Shown here: positions 1 to 13,130 of the stretch, in pieces
How the letters are laid out: each line of letters starts with the position of its first letter
How positions within the stretch are numbered: the stretch's first letter is position 1
Source of the DNA: Octopus bimaculoides
Lineage: Eukaryota
Reading direction: 5' to 3'
DNA: 47,361 nucleotides
Assembly: GCF_001194135.2 (NCBI RefSeq)
Contig: NC_068987.1
Location: forward strand, 96,022,025-96,069,385
Notes under the pieces: generated by a model
The model's database searches: none
What the model was told of the DNA's origin: nothing
Seen by the model: only the letters and a program-made list of their open reading frames with translations
Made by a program: the position numbers and the translations under genes

Positions 1-360
1 GTTGACAGTTCCATGGTAGATACAGCAATTAAGAGTATGAAGACAGGGAAGGCCCCCCGGCCCATCAGGAATCACTGCAGAGATGCTCAAAATATCTGGC
101 AATGTTGGCTATAGCCTAGTCACCTGTATTGTTAACCAGGTGATACACGAAGGAGTCATACCCAATGACTGGTGTAGCAGCACCATAGTCAACTGCTACA
201 AAGGTAAAGGTGACGCTTTAGATACAAATAATTACAGAGGTATCAAGCTGTTAGATGAGGTAATGAAAGTCACGGAGAGGGTCATAGCCCAACTAATTAG
301 GGAGCGAATCAATTTAGATGAGATGCAGTTTGGGTTCGTGCCTGGGAAAAGCACCACTGG
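1..360 (+). mobile_element. RTE-clade LINE reverse transcriptase fragment, relatively young, with a +1 frameshift in the C-run at 53-58
   Basis: GKAPGPSGITAEMLK...NYRGIKLL...QFGFVPGKSTT are non-LTR RT N-terminal motifs; homology stops abruptly at about 360. Confidence 0.9.
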
Positions 361-2140
361 TGTTAAGAAAGATAACTACCTCAGTACATCTACTATTTTC
401 AGTCTTTATTCACAGTCAGCCTATCTTCAACTGGACTATACCTCTTGTACACTTACAGATCACATTAGGCACATCATATGGAATTTCTACCCATGTATAT
501 TATACATGACCATTTCCCTGTCTGTATCAGAGTACTGTCTTCTTTCCAACTTATTGAAACCTTAGTATCTGCTAAGTTTACTCAGACGCCTTTTGCTTCT
601 AGATTTTGTTTTCCACATCTGGAATTTAAAAAACAAATTTCCGCAATTTCTGCTATATGAACCAGGTCAACAGTATGCAGGCAGTTGATTTTGAATTGCA
701 CTGTTATGACCTGGAAGACTACAACAGACAAGAGGTGGGTGAGAGCAGAACCTTGATGAACACCTATTTGTACTCTAAATTTCTCACTGAACTCATTACC
801 AACTCTCACTTGCTAACTGCTTCTCTATACATGGATTGCTCTGCTCTCACCAGTTATTCATCACATCCTAATTTTCTTAGCAGCTACCAAACTACAGATC
901 TTGGTACTTTGTCAGAAGCCTTTTTGCAGATCAGTAAATGTTAAGTAGAGAGGCTTACTGTTGACAAGGAGCTTCTCTTGTAAGTGTCTCACTTTAAAGA
1001 GGACAAAACCAAACTGCATCTTATCTAAGTGGATTCTCATTTTAATCAATTGCACTGTAAAAGGTTGATAGTCGCAATAGAGACATTAGTCTCTCTCTAT
1101 CACCTTTCAACAAAATTATATATTAAGAAACAGTAGAACAATTAACCACATAATAAAAATAAGTTTTATTTTTGGTGATGCTTGGTTTTACAAATCCTGT
1201 GTTATTCAGCCTGGCAGCCGCTGGTTGACTTGTAATCAGCATTGGAAGGTTAAAAGCTTCGTTGAGGCATCTGAGAGGAGCAAGTTGTTGTTACATCGAA
1301 GGCATTGTGCCAAAGAGGGTTAGAAAGCACGTGAAACGCTTTAAGTACTGGTTTTACTACACATGCGCACTTGAGGGGCTTCCAGGAAGGCAAGTCCTTT
1401 GCGCATGCGTAGACTGTACTTCTTTAATGGCAGCCATAATTTCGTGCCACTACAGCACTAAGGCTCTTTCTATTATTTTTATAACTTGGTTTATCAGTTT
1501 GATACCTGTGTTGTTACTTCTTTCTAGTGCATTTCCTTTAGCTCTTGTAGCAGCTAATGATCATTCTGATATGCCAGTCATCAGGTACCTCTCTATATTA
1601 CTTGGTTGACTATATGGGTGACTAGCTTCAGTCCTATTTCACCTGATATTTTCAGCATCTACACCAAATGGACCACCTACTTTTTCTGACTCTATGTACT
1701 TAATGATCATCTTGACCATATAACTATCAACCTCAATACCTACTCCCTCTGTTGAGGATACTTTAAGTGGATTTTCTTCCTTCCACACATTTCCCACATT
1801 CAATAATCTTTGAAGTAATATCTCCAGACCTCTTTTTTCTCACCACCATTTAGAGAAAGTGTGCCACTATCATTCTTAGCACACTTTTCTCCTTTGGTTC
1901 CCTATGCCACACTGCCTTACAATCCAAAACACTTCATGCCTTTGATCCTCTTGGCATTGAACACTGGCAAGCCTCCTACTTTCTGCTTTTCTCTCTGCTG
2001 TATATTATTATGTTGCATTGCTTCTAGCAATATGGTATTTCTCTTTGCTGCTTTCTTTAATCTGTTCTTTCTAGACCTATCTTTTAGCTCTTATGGCTCT
2101 ATCCATAGTAGTATTTCACCAACATGTTACATTTTGTATA
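361..2140 (-). mobile_element. Old, decayed RTE LINE RT region, split by a solo LTR
   Basis: Minus-strand remnants: GIKLINQVIKIIER, LDKMQFGFV, VGNEFSEKFRVQIGVHQGSAL; many stops. Confidence 0.8.
1056..1454 (-). mobile_element. Probable solo LTR (399 bp, Gypsy-like)
   Basis: TGTA...TACA termini, a 4-bp TSD GCAC (1052-1055 and 1455-1458) and a minus-strand AATAAA. Removing it rejoins the RTE coding remnant. Confidence 0.7.
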
Positions 2141-2312
2141 GCTGGTACCTGAATTGATGAGACACAATACCAACCAGAAACAGGGTCATTTTTACTCAAC
2201 TATAACTGTCCCCACTTAAAAAAAAGTTTGAGGCCTTGTGCTTTTATGAGAAATCAATATTTTTAGTGCCTCTCCATTTATGACATCTTAATTTTTTTGG
2301 TTTCAGTTTCAG

Positions 2313-2507
2313 TATGAATGTGACATGGGATGTAACTGCAGTTATTGCTGAACAACATCAGGTGCCTTTGAATATTTCCAGAAATGTTGTCAGACTGTTG
2401 GATGATGACAATACCATTCCATTCATTGCAAGATATCGCAAAGAACAAACTAATGCAATGGAACCTGACAAACTCCGCTCTATACTAGAGACCCTTTCAG
2501 AAATGAG
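2313..2507 (+). CDS. SRBD1: SRBD1 exon a (Tex_N: [13 protein letters not shown]...[14 protein letters not shown]...LSEM)
   Basis: Acceptor tttcagtttcag|, donor AG|gtaaaa, ends in phase 2. An alternative in-frame acceptor would start the exon at 2307. Confidence 0.92.
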
Positions 2508-4020
2508 GTAAAAATCCAGTCTTTTATTTGTCTTCACTGCTTGTTATTTCTGTTCTTGATTTTACTATTACTAGTTCTATAACTATTCATGTAGAGTTGT
2601 TGTTTAACCCCAAGACAAACTTGATCTAACAAACCTATGATCAAAGGTGTTCCAAATGTGACCACTTGTCATTTTTTTCTTTCAGGTAGTATATCATGAG
2701 CTAATGAAAGAAGTCCTATTCTGTTTTGAAACTTGTAGAAATGCCAGCTAAATCACTTTCAAATCACACCTCATGATCTTAAAAAAGGGACAGCCACATT
2801 AGTTAATGCAGTCTTAAATACTTCACAGGTGTTGTGCCACGTAAAAAGCACTCAGTCCACTCTGCTGGGTGGTTGCTGTTAGGAAGGGTATCCAGCTGTA
2901 AAAACCCTGCCAAAACAGACACAGAAGTTTGGTGCAGGCTTCTGCCTGGCCGACTCCTGTCAAACCATCCCACCCATGCCAGCAAGGAAGGTGGACATTG
3001 AACAATGATGATGATGATGATGATTAATACATGGTGGTCATGACTGTAATGCTTTTGATTGTAAGTTTGCTCAATCAGGGTTAACCTTGGGCTAAACAAC
3101 AACTACGGAGTGTATCAAAGCTTACATTATTAGATGTATCCTTGGACTGTATCATCCAATATGTCCTTCCCTTTTTTCATGTAAGACAATGTGATTTGAG
3201 GAATGTTTGGCTGCTATTTCTAGTAGCTTGAATGACCATGTGACTTCCTCATTAGCTCTGATATAGTTTCTTCACTGCTTTAACTAGAAGTAGCACTGTA
3301 GACCAGCATCTTTATCCAGGGCAAGATTACAACTAGCTGTTTTTATTTAAATTGTTTTGCTTCAAGTCAGCTATGATCTTAGAATCATCATCATCATTTA
3401 ACGCCCGCTTTCCATGCTAGCATGGGTTGGACGATTTAACTGGAGACTGGCAAACCAGATGGTTACACCAGACTCCAATCTGAACTGGCAGCATTTCTAC
3501 AGCTGGATGCCCTTCCTAACGCCAACCACTCCGAGAGTGTGGTGGGTGCTTTTTACATGCCACCGGCACGAGGGCCAGTCCAAATGATAAAATCAACCGA
3601 GTTCCAAGTTCTTCTTTCAAATTCAGTTGTTGTTGTTGTTCAACTCCCGCATCAACCCCAGCTTAGTAGAACTATAATAAAAAGCATCCAGGCATAATTA
3701 ACCCTAACATCATCATCATTTAATGTCCGTTTACCATACTGGCATGAGTCAGGTGGTTTGAAGAGCTGTCCAGGTTCCATGTATGTTTTGATAAGGTTTC
3801 TACAGCTGGATGCCCTTCTTAACACCAACCACTTCAGAGAGTGTACTGGATGCTTTTTACATGACACCAGTAGGGATATTATTTACATTATTTACAATTG
3901 ATGGATATTTGTCCTCATCTTGTTGTTAATGCAACGTTTTGGCTGATATACCCTCCAGCCTTCATCAAGTGTCTCGGGGAAATTTTGAACCTGGGTTCTC
4001 ATTCCTAAGGTATTTTTCGA

Positions 4021-4091
<71 letters not shown>

Positions 4092-4185
4092 TTGTCGTAT
4101 ATGGCATGATGGTTAAGAGCGCAGGCTACTAACCCCAAGATTCCGAGTTCGATTCCAGACAATGACCTGAATAATAATAATAATG

Positions 4186-4226
<41 letters not shown>

Positions 4227-7200
4227 TGAAAAATACCTTAGGAATTAGAACTCAGGTTCGAAATTTCCCCAAGACACCCGATGAAGGATGGAGGGTATAT
4301 CAACCGAAATGCTGTGTTAACAACAAACAAACAAGATGAGGAGAAATATCCATCAAATGTAAATAATATACATAATTCCTCATCTCTTAAATATAGAACT
4401 GTATTACCAGTAAGGATGTTTTATACGTGACACTGGCATGGGTGCTTTGTATGTGGCACCGACATCCACAAGTCTGCAAGATTAGGAAAGCTCAGCTGAA
4501 GAGGGGTGCAGGGGACATGCCTGTATGCAAGGACGATCACGCTTTTACTTAGCTTGACATGTCTTTTCAGGCACAGCAAACTGCCAGAAGTCTTGGTCCC
4601 TTGTCATCCCCTTTGTGAGACCCAACATCTGAAGATCCTTTCTCACCACTTTTTCCCACATCTACCCCTTCCATATGTTCCCTCCACAATTAGAGCTTGA
4701 CGGGAGCAGCTATGTAGATCAGTGATTCTAAAACTTTTTCAGGTTGCCACCCCTTTGGCACGCAAGCCACATTCCTAGCAGACCCTGCTCATCACCACCA
4801 CAAACATAGACCACTTTCTGCAGCAAATTCAAAACAACTATATTTCACAAATAAAGCTGAACCTAATGAACCCATTATTTTGTTTGTTTTTACATCCATT
4901 GCTCCCTTTTGGTGATGGATGTAAAAACATTGTTGCCCAACTTTTCTTCAACGCCCCTCCCCATCTTTCTTATTTCTTTACTGCCCACAAGGGGCTAAAC
5001 ACAGAGGGGACAAACAAGGGCAGACAAATGGATTATATCGACCCCAGTGCGTAACTGGTACTTTATTTATTGACCCTGAAAGGATGAAAGGCAAAGTCAA
5101 CCTCGGCGGAATTTGAACTCAGAACGTAAAGACAGACGAAATACCGCTAAGCATTTCGCCTGGCATGCTAACGTTTCTGCTAGCTCCCCTCCCCCATCTT
5201 TCTATCTCCACCAGTGGAGCAGTAATGCCCACTTTGGGAACCACTGAAGTAGATGCTCCTTCATTGGCTATTTCAAAACTTATTGAAGTTCCAGGAGTGT
5301 TAGATATCTATTAGATGTCTCCAATCCCTACAATAAACTGTAAACAGCATCTTCTCATGTTATCTATTTATTTCTAAGTGTCTAGCACCTGAGTCATTGA
5401 ACATTAAGTGACTTTACTTTTGGAAGCATTAACCCTTTCATGGATACACCCATGTCCTTATTAGTCTGCTGTGACACTTGATCACATGATGGGAATTCTT
5501 TTACTGATTTCAGTAAATGGACTGTGGTTGTGCTGGTGCACTATTTTCTTAGGTGTCGTCATTTACATTGATTCCAGTACTTATTTAACTTCAGAAGAAT
5601 GAAAAGCAAAGTGACTGTGAGCAGGATTTGAACTCAGAATGTAAAATAATGTAGACAAATATTACACAGCATGCTACTTTGCTTGACTCTTTACTGATTC
5701 TGCTATCTACTCACCATTGAATATGACCCCTAAAGTCTGTAATTATGTTATTATTTATTGACCAGGTCTGTTGAGAAGAAAATACAATCTGTTCACAACT
5801 CAATCAATAAACTTGGTAAAATGTCAAAGTTTCTAGAGAAATCCTTGCTATCTGCACAAACAATGCATGAAGTTGAAATCTTGGTAAGTATTTTAAAATT
5901 AATAAATTTATTTAATTAATTAATTTTCTTTTGTTGTATTGCTGTTTTGGCTAGAATGGTTTATTTGTTAGTTGTTGACCAACCCTATTTCAACAAGTCA
6001 ATGATTTAAGTCTTTATTAAGATAAAACATATAACATATCTAAGGCTACATTATCCAATGTCTCTGTCCATTTTTAAAGAGAGCCGGGTGGGATTTTAGG
6101 GAAATCTGGCTGCTTTTTCTAATAGATTGGGTAACCAGGTAGAAGCTCTGAAAGTCAATGTTTGGATGCTCTCCCTGTGATTTTTTATTTACTAAAACAA
6201 GATTGGAGCTTATAGAGTTGTGTCCCTTGTGTAAGTGAATAACACAATGCCTGAACTTAATGACGATGATAAATTGTCCTGTTCTTTAATCTTGCAGTCA
6301 TGTGCCTCTAAATATATTTCGGCTTTGTAAATTTATAGTAGAGTGGGCACATTAATTGTTAGAATTCAATATAGCACTTTTCTCCAATTTTTTATAAGTA
6401 CCCTTATTAGACAGTTTTATTAGGTAGCTATTTGGAGGTATTTTTACTATTACATCTGTGAAGTAACTGTATTGAGGTTTTATTATTGTGCAGCTTTGAA
6501 ATGTTCTACCAGAAAATAATCTCCAGATCTGGTATTATTGATATCCTTCGATCTAGTCAGGCATATGTTGCAGTAAAATAGATACAACATACCTTGACTA
6601 CCACACTAGACTCCCCACACAATAATTTGAATAGTACAATATGTACCAGATCAGATTGAAGAATATCAAAAATTCCATTAACAATTATTTACAATGGACG
6701 GATAAGTCTCCTTACCCTGTTTATTGTTACCACATTTCAGCTGATGTTCTCTCCAGCCTTCATCAGGTGTTCTGGGAATTTTGAACCCAATCCTTTATTT
6801 GACTAATGGGGTACTCTGTTCTTATTCTTAAGGTATTCTTTTTTTTTTTTTTGCTGATGCTATTTTTTTCTGTTGTTATTATTTCCCAAGTCCCTGCCTG
6901 GGATTGAACTCAGCTTGTATCCACTATGCTATATGCCTGTGGACAATTATACAGTGAATTTTGGGGTTTATAAACCAAATATTTTATCTTTTCTTTATAC
7001 CGGTTCCCATATTACATTCATATCTGCACTAGCTCTGCTTAGGAGGTTGTTGTGTCCTAGCATACGTGCTACCTCTTTTAATTTTGGTATTTTTCAGTGG
7101 TGTTCCCTGTCTATTATTTTAACTTCATCCCACTGGGGAGGTGGTCTCTGTTTTTCCATACATGATTGGCTATAAAAATTTACTGTATAATTGGCCATGG

Positions 7201-10200
7201 GCATATAGCGTAGTGGATAAGAACATGGGCTACTAACCCTCAGATTCTGAGTTCGATCCCAGGCAGGGACTTGGGAAATAATATCAACAGAAAGAATAAC
7301 ATCAGCAAAAAAAAACAATACCTTAAGAATGAGAACAGAGTACCCCATTAGTCAAATAAAGGGGTGGGTTCGAAATTCCACCAGAGCACCTGATGAAAGC
7401 TGGAGAGTACATCAGCTGAAATGTGGTAACAATAAACAAGGCGAGGACACCTATCTAACCCTAACCCTAACCCCAGGAAGATATCTCCAGCTGGCTATTG
7501 ACACACTTTCTGTGCCCTGTGTCAATAGCCAGCTGGAGGAGATGTCTTCCTGGGGCTACAAGCTACAGTAGCATCCACCCTTAAGGGTTAGCCACATTTA
7601 AGTGGCAAATATACTTCACAATATATCNNNNNNNNNNTGTCTTTCTGTTTGTGCACCACCACTGTTTAGCAACTAGTGCTGATGTGTTTACATCTTCATA
7701 ACTTAGTGGTTTGGCAAAAGAGACCAATAGAATAAGTACCAGGCTTATAAAAAGTAAGCTCTGGGGTTGATTCATTTGACTAAAAATTCTTCAAGTCAAC
7801 AGTCTAATGACTGAAACAGCATAGTCGCAGTCTAATGACTGAAACAAGTAAAAGATGAGACATATATATATCATCATCATCATCATCATCATCATCGTTT
7901 AACGTCCGCTTTCCATGCTAGCATGGGTTGGGCGATTTGACTGAGGACTGGTGAAACCGGATGGCAACACCAGGCTCCAATCTAATTTGGCAGAGTTTCT
8001 ACAGCTGGATGCCCTTCCTAACGCCAACCACTCAGAGAGTGTAGTGGGTGCTTTTACGTGTCACCCGCACGAAAACGGCCACGCTCAAAATGGTGTCTTT
8101 TATGTGCCACCCGCACAAGAGCCAGTCCAGGGGCACTGGCAACGATCTCGCTCGAAAACCCTACAATGCCAGTCAGGCGGTACTGGCAATGGTCACGCTC
8201 AGGATGGTACATCTTATGTGCTACCCGCACAAGAGCCAGTCCAGGGTCCCTGGCAACGATCTCACTTGGCTTGCCGGGTCTTCTCACGCACAGCACATTT
8301 CCAAAGGATATATAAACATACATTCGTGAGGAGTTTCTGCAGTTTCTCTCTACCAAGTTTCCTTCTCCAGAACACAATGTTGTTGCTAAACAAACTGCTG
8401 AAGTAACAGAGTCATGCTTGTATGGTTTATTTCTTCGTTTTAGTATGCTCCTTTTAAACCTGGAAGCCAGAGAAGTTTGGCTGAACAAGCACGAGAAGCT
8501 GGGCTTGAACCCGCTGCTGAAAATATTCTCTATAATGGCTGGATGGTGAACTTTGCAACACTTGTACAACCACCACCTTCAAGTAAGTTGGATTTACTTT
8601 ATTTGTTGTTTTCATAATGCATTTTACATGGCTGTGTGGTTCAGAAGTTTCCTTGGCAACCGCATGGTTTTGGGTTCAGTCCCCCTGCTTGGCACTTTAG
8701 ACAAATGTCTTCTTTTATAGCCCTCGGCTGATCAATGCCTTGTGAGTAAATTTGGTAGACAAAAACTGTGTAGAAGCCCATCATATATGTGCGTGTGTGT
8801 GTTGTATTTTTGTGTTCATGTATGTCCTCCTAATTGCTTGATAACTTCCCATAACTTAACAGTTCAGCATAAGAAACTGATAGAATAAATACCAGACTTA
8901 AAAAAGTAAGTATTGAGGTTGATTTGTTTGCCTAAACCCTTCAAAGTGATGTCCTGGCATGGCTGTATTCCAATGACTGAGGAAAGTAAAAGATAAAAGA
9001 CAATTTCGAGGGGCTGGATGATGAAAAAATTCACGTGTTAATATTGGATGCTGTAAAGGAGTATTAATTAATGGGACATAATTTTATTCGCCCTGGAAAG
9101 ATGAAAAGCAAAGTTGACATGTGCAGGATTTGAGCTCAGGGTGCAAGGGGCAATAACTAAGCACCACAGGCATTTTGTCTGATGATCTAATGATGCTGCT
9201 ATCAAAGAGAAAGATTAACTCCTTAGCTTTTACACTAACCATATCCAGTGCAAATATCCTACCTGATTTATGGTTCAAACCAGTCAGATCTGACCTCTCA
9301 CACCCATCCTACAATGTCATTCTAAATATAAGCAATCACATCATTGAAATTTCAAAGCTAAAAGATAATGCATGTTTAATTTTTTTTTTAAATGTGAATA
9401 AATAAGCGTAGGAGTGGCTGTGTGGTAAGTAGCTTGCTTACCAACCACATGGTTCTGGGTTCAGTCCCTCTGCGTGGCACCTTGAGCAAGTGTCTTCTAC
9501 TATAACCTCGGGCTGACCAAAGCCTTGTGAGTGGATTTGGTAGACGGAAACTGAAAGAAGCCCGTCGTATAAATGTATATATATATATATATGTGTGTGT
9601 GTATATGTTTGTGTGTCTGTTTGTCTCCCCAACATCGCTTGACAACCGATGCTGGTGTGTTTACGTCCCTGTAACTTAGCGGTTCGGCAAAAGAGATCGA
9701 TAGAATAAGTACTAGGCTTACAAAGAATAAGTCCTGGGGTCGATTTGCTCGACTAAAGGTGGTGCTCCAGCATGGCTGCAGTCAAATGACTGAAACAAGT
9801 AAAAGAGTAAATAAGCATTATATTTGACTGAGTAATCTAAATGCTAAAGAGTTAATGAAGAAACGGTGAAGTCAGTTATTCAGATTTGGAATTTCGCAGT
9901 CAGAAGAATTTAAGATTGAGACAAATGATTATTTGTTGTGCTGCGGACTTGTCCATCCCATGTGTGCATGGACACATCATCGTCATAATCACCACCACCA
10001 CCACCACCATCATCATTATTTATTGTCCACTTTTTCATGCTTGAAATTTGTCGATGCAGATTTTCTACAACCGGATGTCTTTCCTGTTGCCAAGCCAAAA
10101 GGGATTTCTAAGCAAGGTAATATTTCTCCATGGCCAGAAATGTTTTTCATGGAAGTTTGGAAATGAACAATGTTCAGCATTTCTTGTATGATACTGATGC

Positions 10201-12946
10201 TCCACATTATATCAAGAGAAGGCGGCGAGCCGGCAGAAACGTTAACATGCCGGGCGAAATGCTTAGCGGTATTTCGTCTGCCGCTACGTTCTGAGTTCAA
10301 ATTCTGCCAAGGTCGACTTTGCCTTTCATCCTTTCAGGATCGATAAATTAAGTACCAGTTACACACTGGGCTCGATGTAATTGACTTAATCCCTTTGTCT
10401 GTCCTTGTTTTTCCTTCTATGTAGGGTGCGCACACACACATACCCCACTCCATATATACATACATATATACATACATATCATCATCATCATCATCATCGT
10501 TTAACGTCCGCTTTCCATGCTAGCATGGGTTGGACGATTTGACTGAGGACTGGTGAAACGAGATGGCAACACCAGGCTCCAATCTAATTTGGCAGAGTTT
10601 CTACAGCTGGATGCCCTTCCTAACGCCAACCACTCAGAGAGTGTAGTGGGTGCTTTTACGTGTCACCCGCACGTATATATATATATATATATTGCACATA
10701 TATGATGAGCTTCTTTCAGTTTTCATCTATCAAATCCACTCACAAGGCTTTAGTTGACCTGGGGTTATAATAGGATACACTTGCCCAATGTACCACGCAG
10801 TAGGACTGAACCTGATGTCACATAGTTGAGAAGCAAGATTTTTAATCTCAAAGCCATGCCTGTGAAGGTGAGGTTAAAGCACTATATTGCATGGCCACAG
10901 ACAGATTCATGAATTCAAATCATTTTGGAATTATCTTGTTTACTTAGTCAAGCACCATATTGTCTTAGAAAATATAACCAAAATATATATAGGTGCAGGA
11001 GTGGCTGTGTGGTAAGTAGCTTGCTTACCAACCACATGGTTCTGGGTTCAGTCCCACTGCATGGCACCTTGGGCAAGTCTCTTCAACTATAATCTCGGGC
11101 CCATCAAAACCTTGTGAGTGGATTTGGTAGACGGAAGCTGAAAGAAGCCTGTTGTATATGTATGTGTGCATGTAAGTTTGTGTGTCTTTGTTTGTTCCCC
11201 CAACATCGCTTGACAACCAATGCTGGTGTGTTTATGTCCCCGTAACTTAGCAGTTTGGCAAAACAGACCATTAGAATAAGTACTAGGTTTACAAAGAATA
11301 AGTCCTGGGGTCGATTTGCTTGACTAAAAGGCAGTGCTCCAGCATGGCTGCAGTCAAATGAATGAAACAAGTAAAATAATAAAAATACGTTATGAGTTAG
11401 AATCTTTCTCAGATAATCATTTCCTGATGTATCCAGACAATTTGAACAGTTTGGGGTATTTTATAAACTTTTAATGATAGAAAATTTTAGAGTTTTCTCA
11501 GGAGTTTTGAAGCAGCTTCTGCTGTTTTCATGTAGTTTAGACTGTTCCTAGCAGTCTAGAATCTCTCAGGTTGTTTTAGACTGTTTCTGTTATTTTTGAG
11601 GCATTTTCAGAAATTTTGGATAGCTATGATTTGTTACAAGTGAAAGTTGAGTGTTTTCATTTATAATGATATTGGAGTTCAACACAACTTGCAGTTCACT
11701 GGTTCTTGCTCAAACCATTTTACTCATGCCAGCATGAAAAATGGACGTTAAATGATGACACTGATGATGTCCCTTCTGTACATCTTCTGAAGAAAGGTTA
11801 TTCAACTGTTACTATAATTGCTATAATTGTCACTGTAATTGTTAAACACCTAGTTATCTTGTGAAATAGTCACCTCATTTTGCTAATCACCAAGTATATT
11901 GTGACAGTCACAGACGTTTAGGCATTTTATGTTCCAGGGAGTTAAACACTCCTGCTTTGCTTAGTTAGACTACTGTCGCATAACTCTCATTAGAACCAAA
12001 GATGAATGGAGGAAACTCCAAAAGAAACCATGCTATGGGACAACATTAAAAGTGGATTTTTGTTGAGACACCCCAGCATCTTTTGGCCAACTACTGCAGG
12101 TACCACAACTCATAACAGATATTTTGTTAATATGAAACAGTTGCAACAAATGACAGAGAATTGCTAACAACATGCAAAAGTTAATAACGAAAAAAAATTT
12201 TGCAAGTAGTTTTTATTTGTATGACGTTGATGATGTTAAATGGCAGAATTGTTAGAGCATCAGGGAAAAAAAATGCCTTGTGGCATTGTGGCATTAATTT
12301 TTAGATTCTTTACATTCTGAGTTCAAATCCTAGCAAGGTTTCCTTTGCCTTTCATTCTTTTAGGTTCAATAAAATGTGCAGTCATGTACAAGTGTTAACA
12401 CGTGCCGGTGGCACGTAAAAGCACCCACTACACTCTCAGAGTGGTTGGCATTAGGAAGGGCATCCAGCTGTAGAAACTCTGCCAAATCAGATTGGAGCCT
12501 GGTGTAGCCATCTGGTTTCACCAGTCCTCAGTCAAATCGTCCAACCCATGCTAGCATGGAGAGCGGATGTTAAACGATGATGATGATGATTATTATTCTC
12601 ACTCCCATAAAACAAAAAAAAGGAAAAGAAATCGCTGGCCTTGTCCCCAAGTTAAAAACAATTATTACATACATCTACCTTTTTAAAAAGATACCTGCAG
12701 GATGTTGGTTGAATAACTATGAAAGGAGTCATGATTGCTAGTGAATGACAGCAGGTGTTGTGACAATCACTATATTTGCTTTAAATCTGTATATCTAATA
12801 AGATACTCACCTCTGTTATGTTTTAAAGAGTATTCCTCCATACAAGAAGTAAAGACTGGTGTAAAGTACATAATTGCTGACATTATTGCCAAAAATACAG
12901 AAGCAAGAGAAACTATCAATAGACTGTAAGTACAATGGATTATTGC

Positions 12947-12982
<36 letters not shown>

Positions 12983-13098
12983 TGAGTGCAATGAAATGAT
13001 TTAACAAAAAAAAAACTAAATTTGAACTCAGAACGTAGCACAGACGAAATACCGCTAAGCATTTCGCCCGGCGTGCTAACGTTTCTGCCAGCTCACTC

Positions 13099-13130
<32 letters not shown>

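Noticed and set aside
4099-4169. Possible tRNA genes (also 7201-7268 and 29710-29775)
   Set aside because: A/B boxes are present but the acceptor and anticodon stems do not pair well, and each continues into a repeat body. Treated as SINE heads; tRNAscan-SE not run.
7951-8569. Overlapping ORF cluster
   Set aside because: SINE-derived, plus the antisense of exon c.
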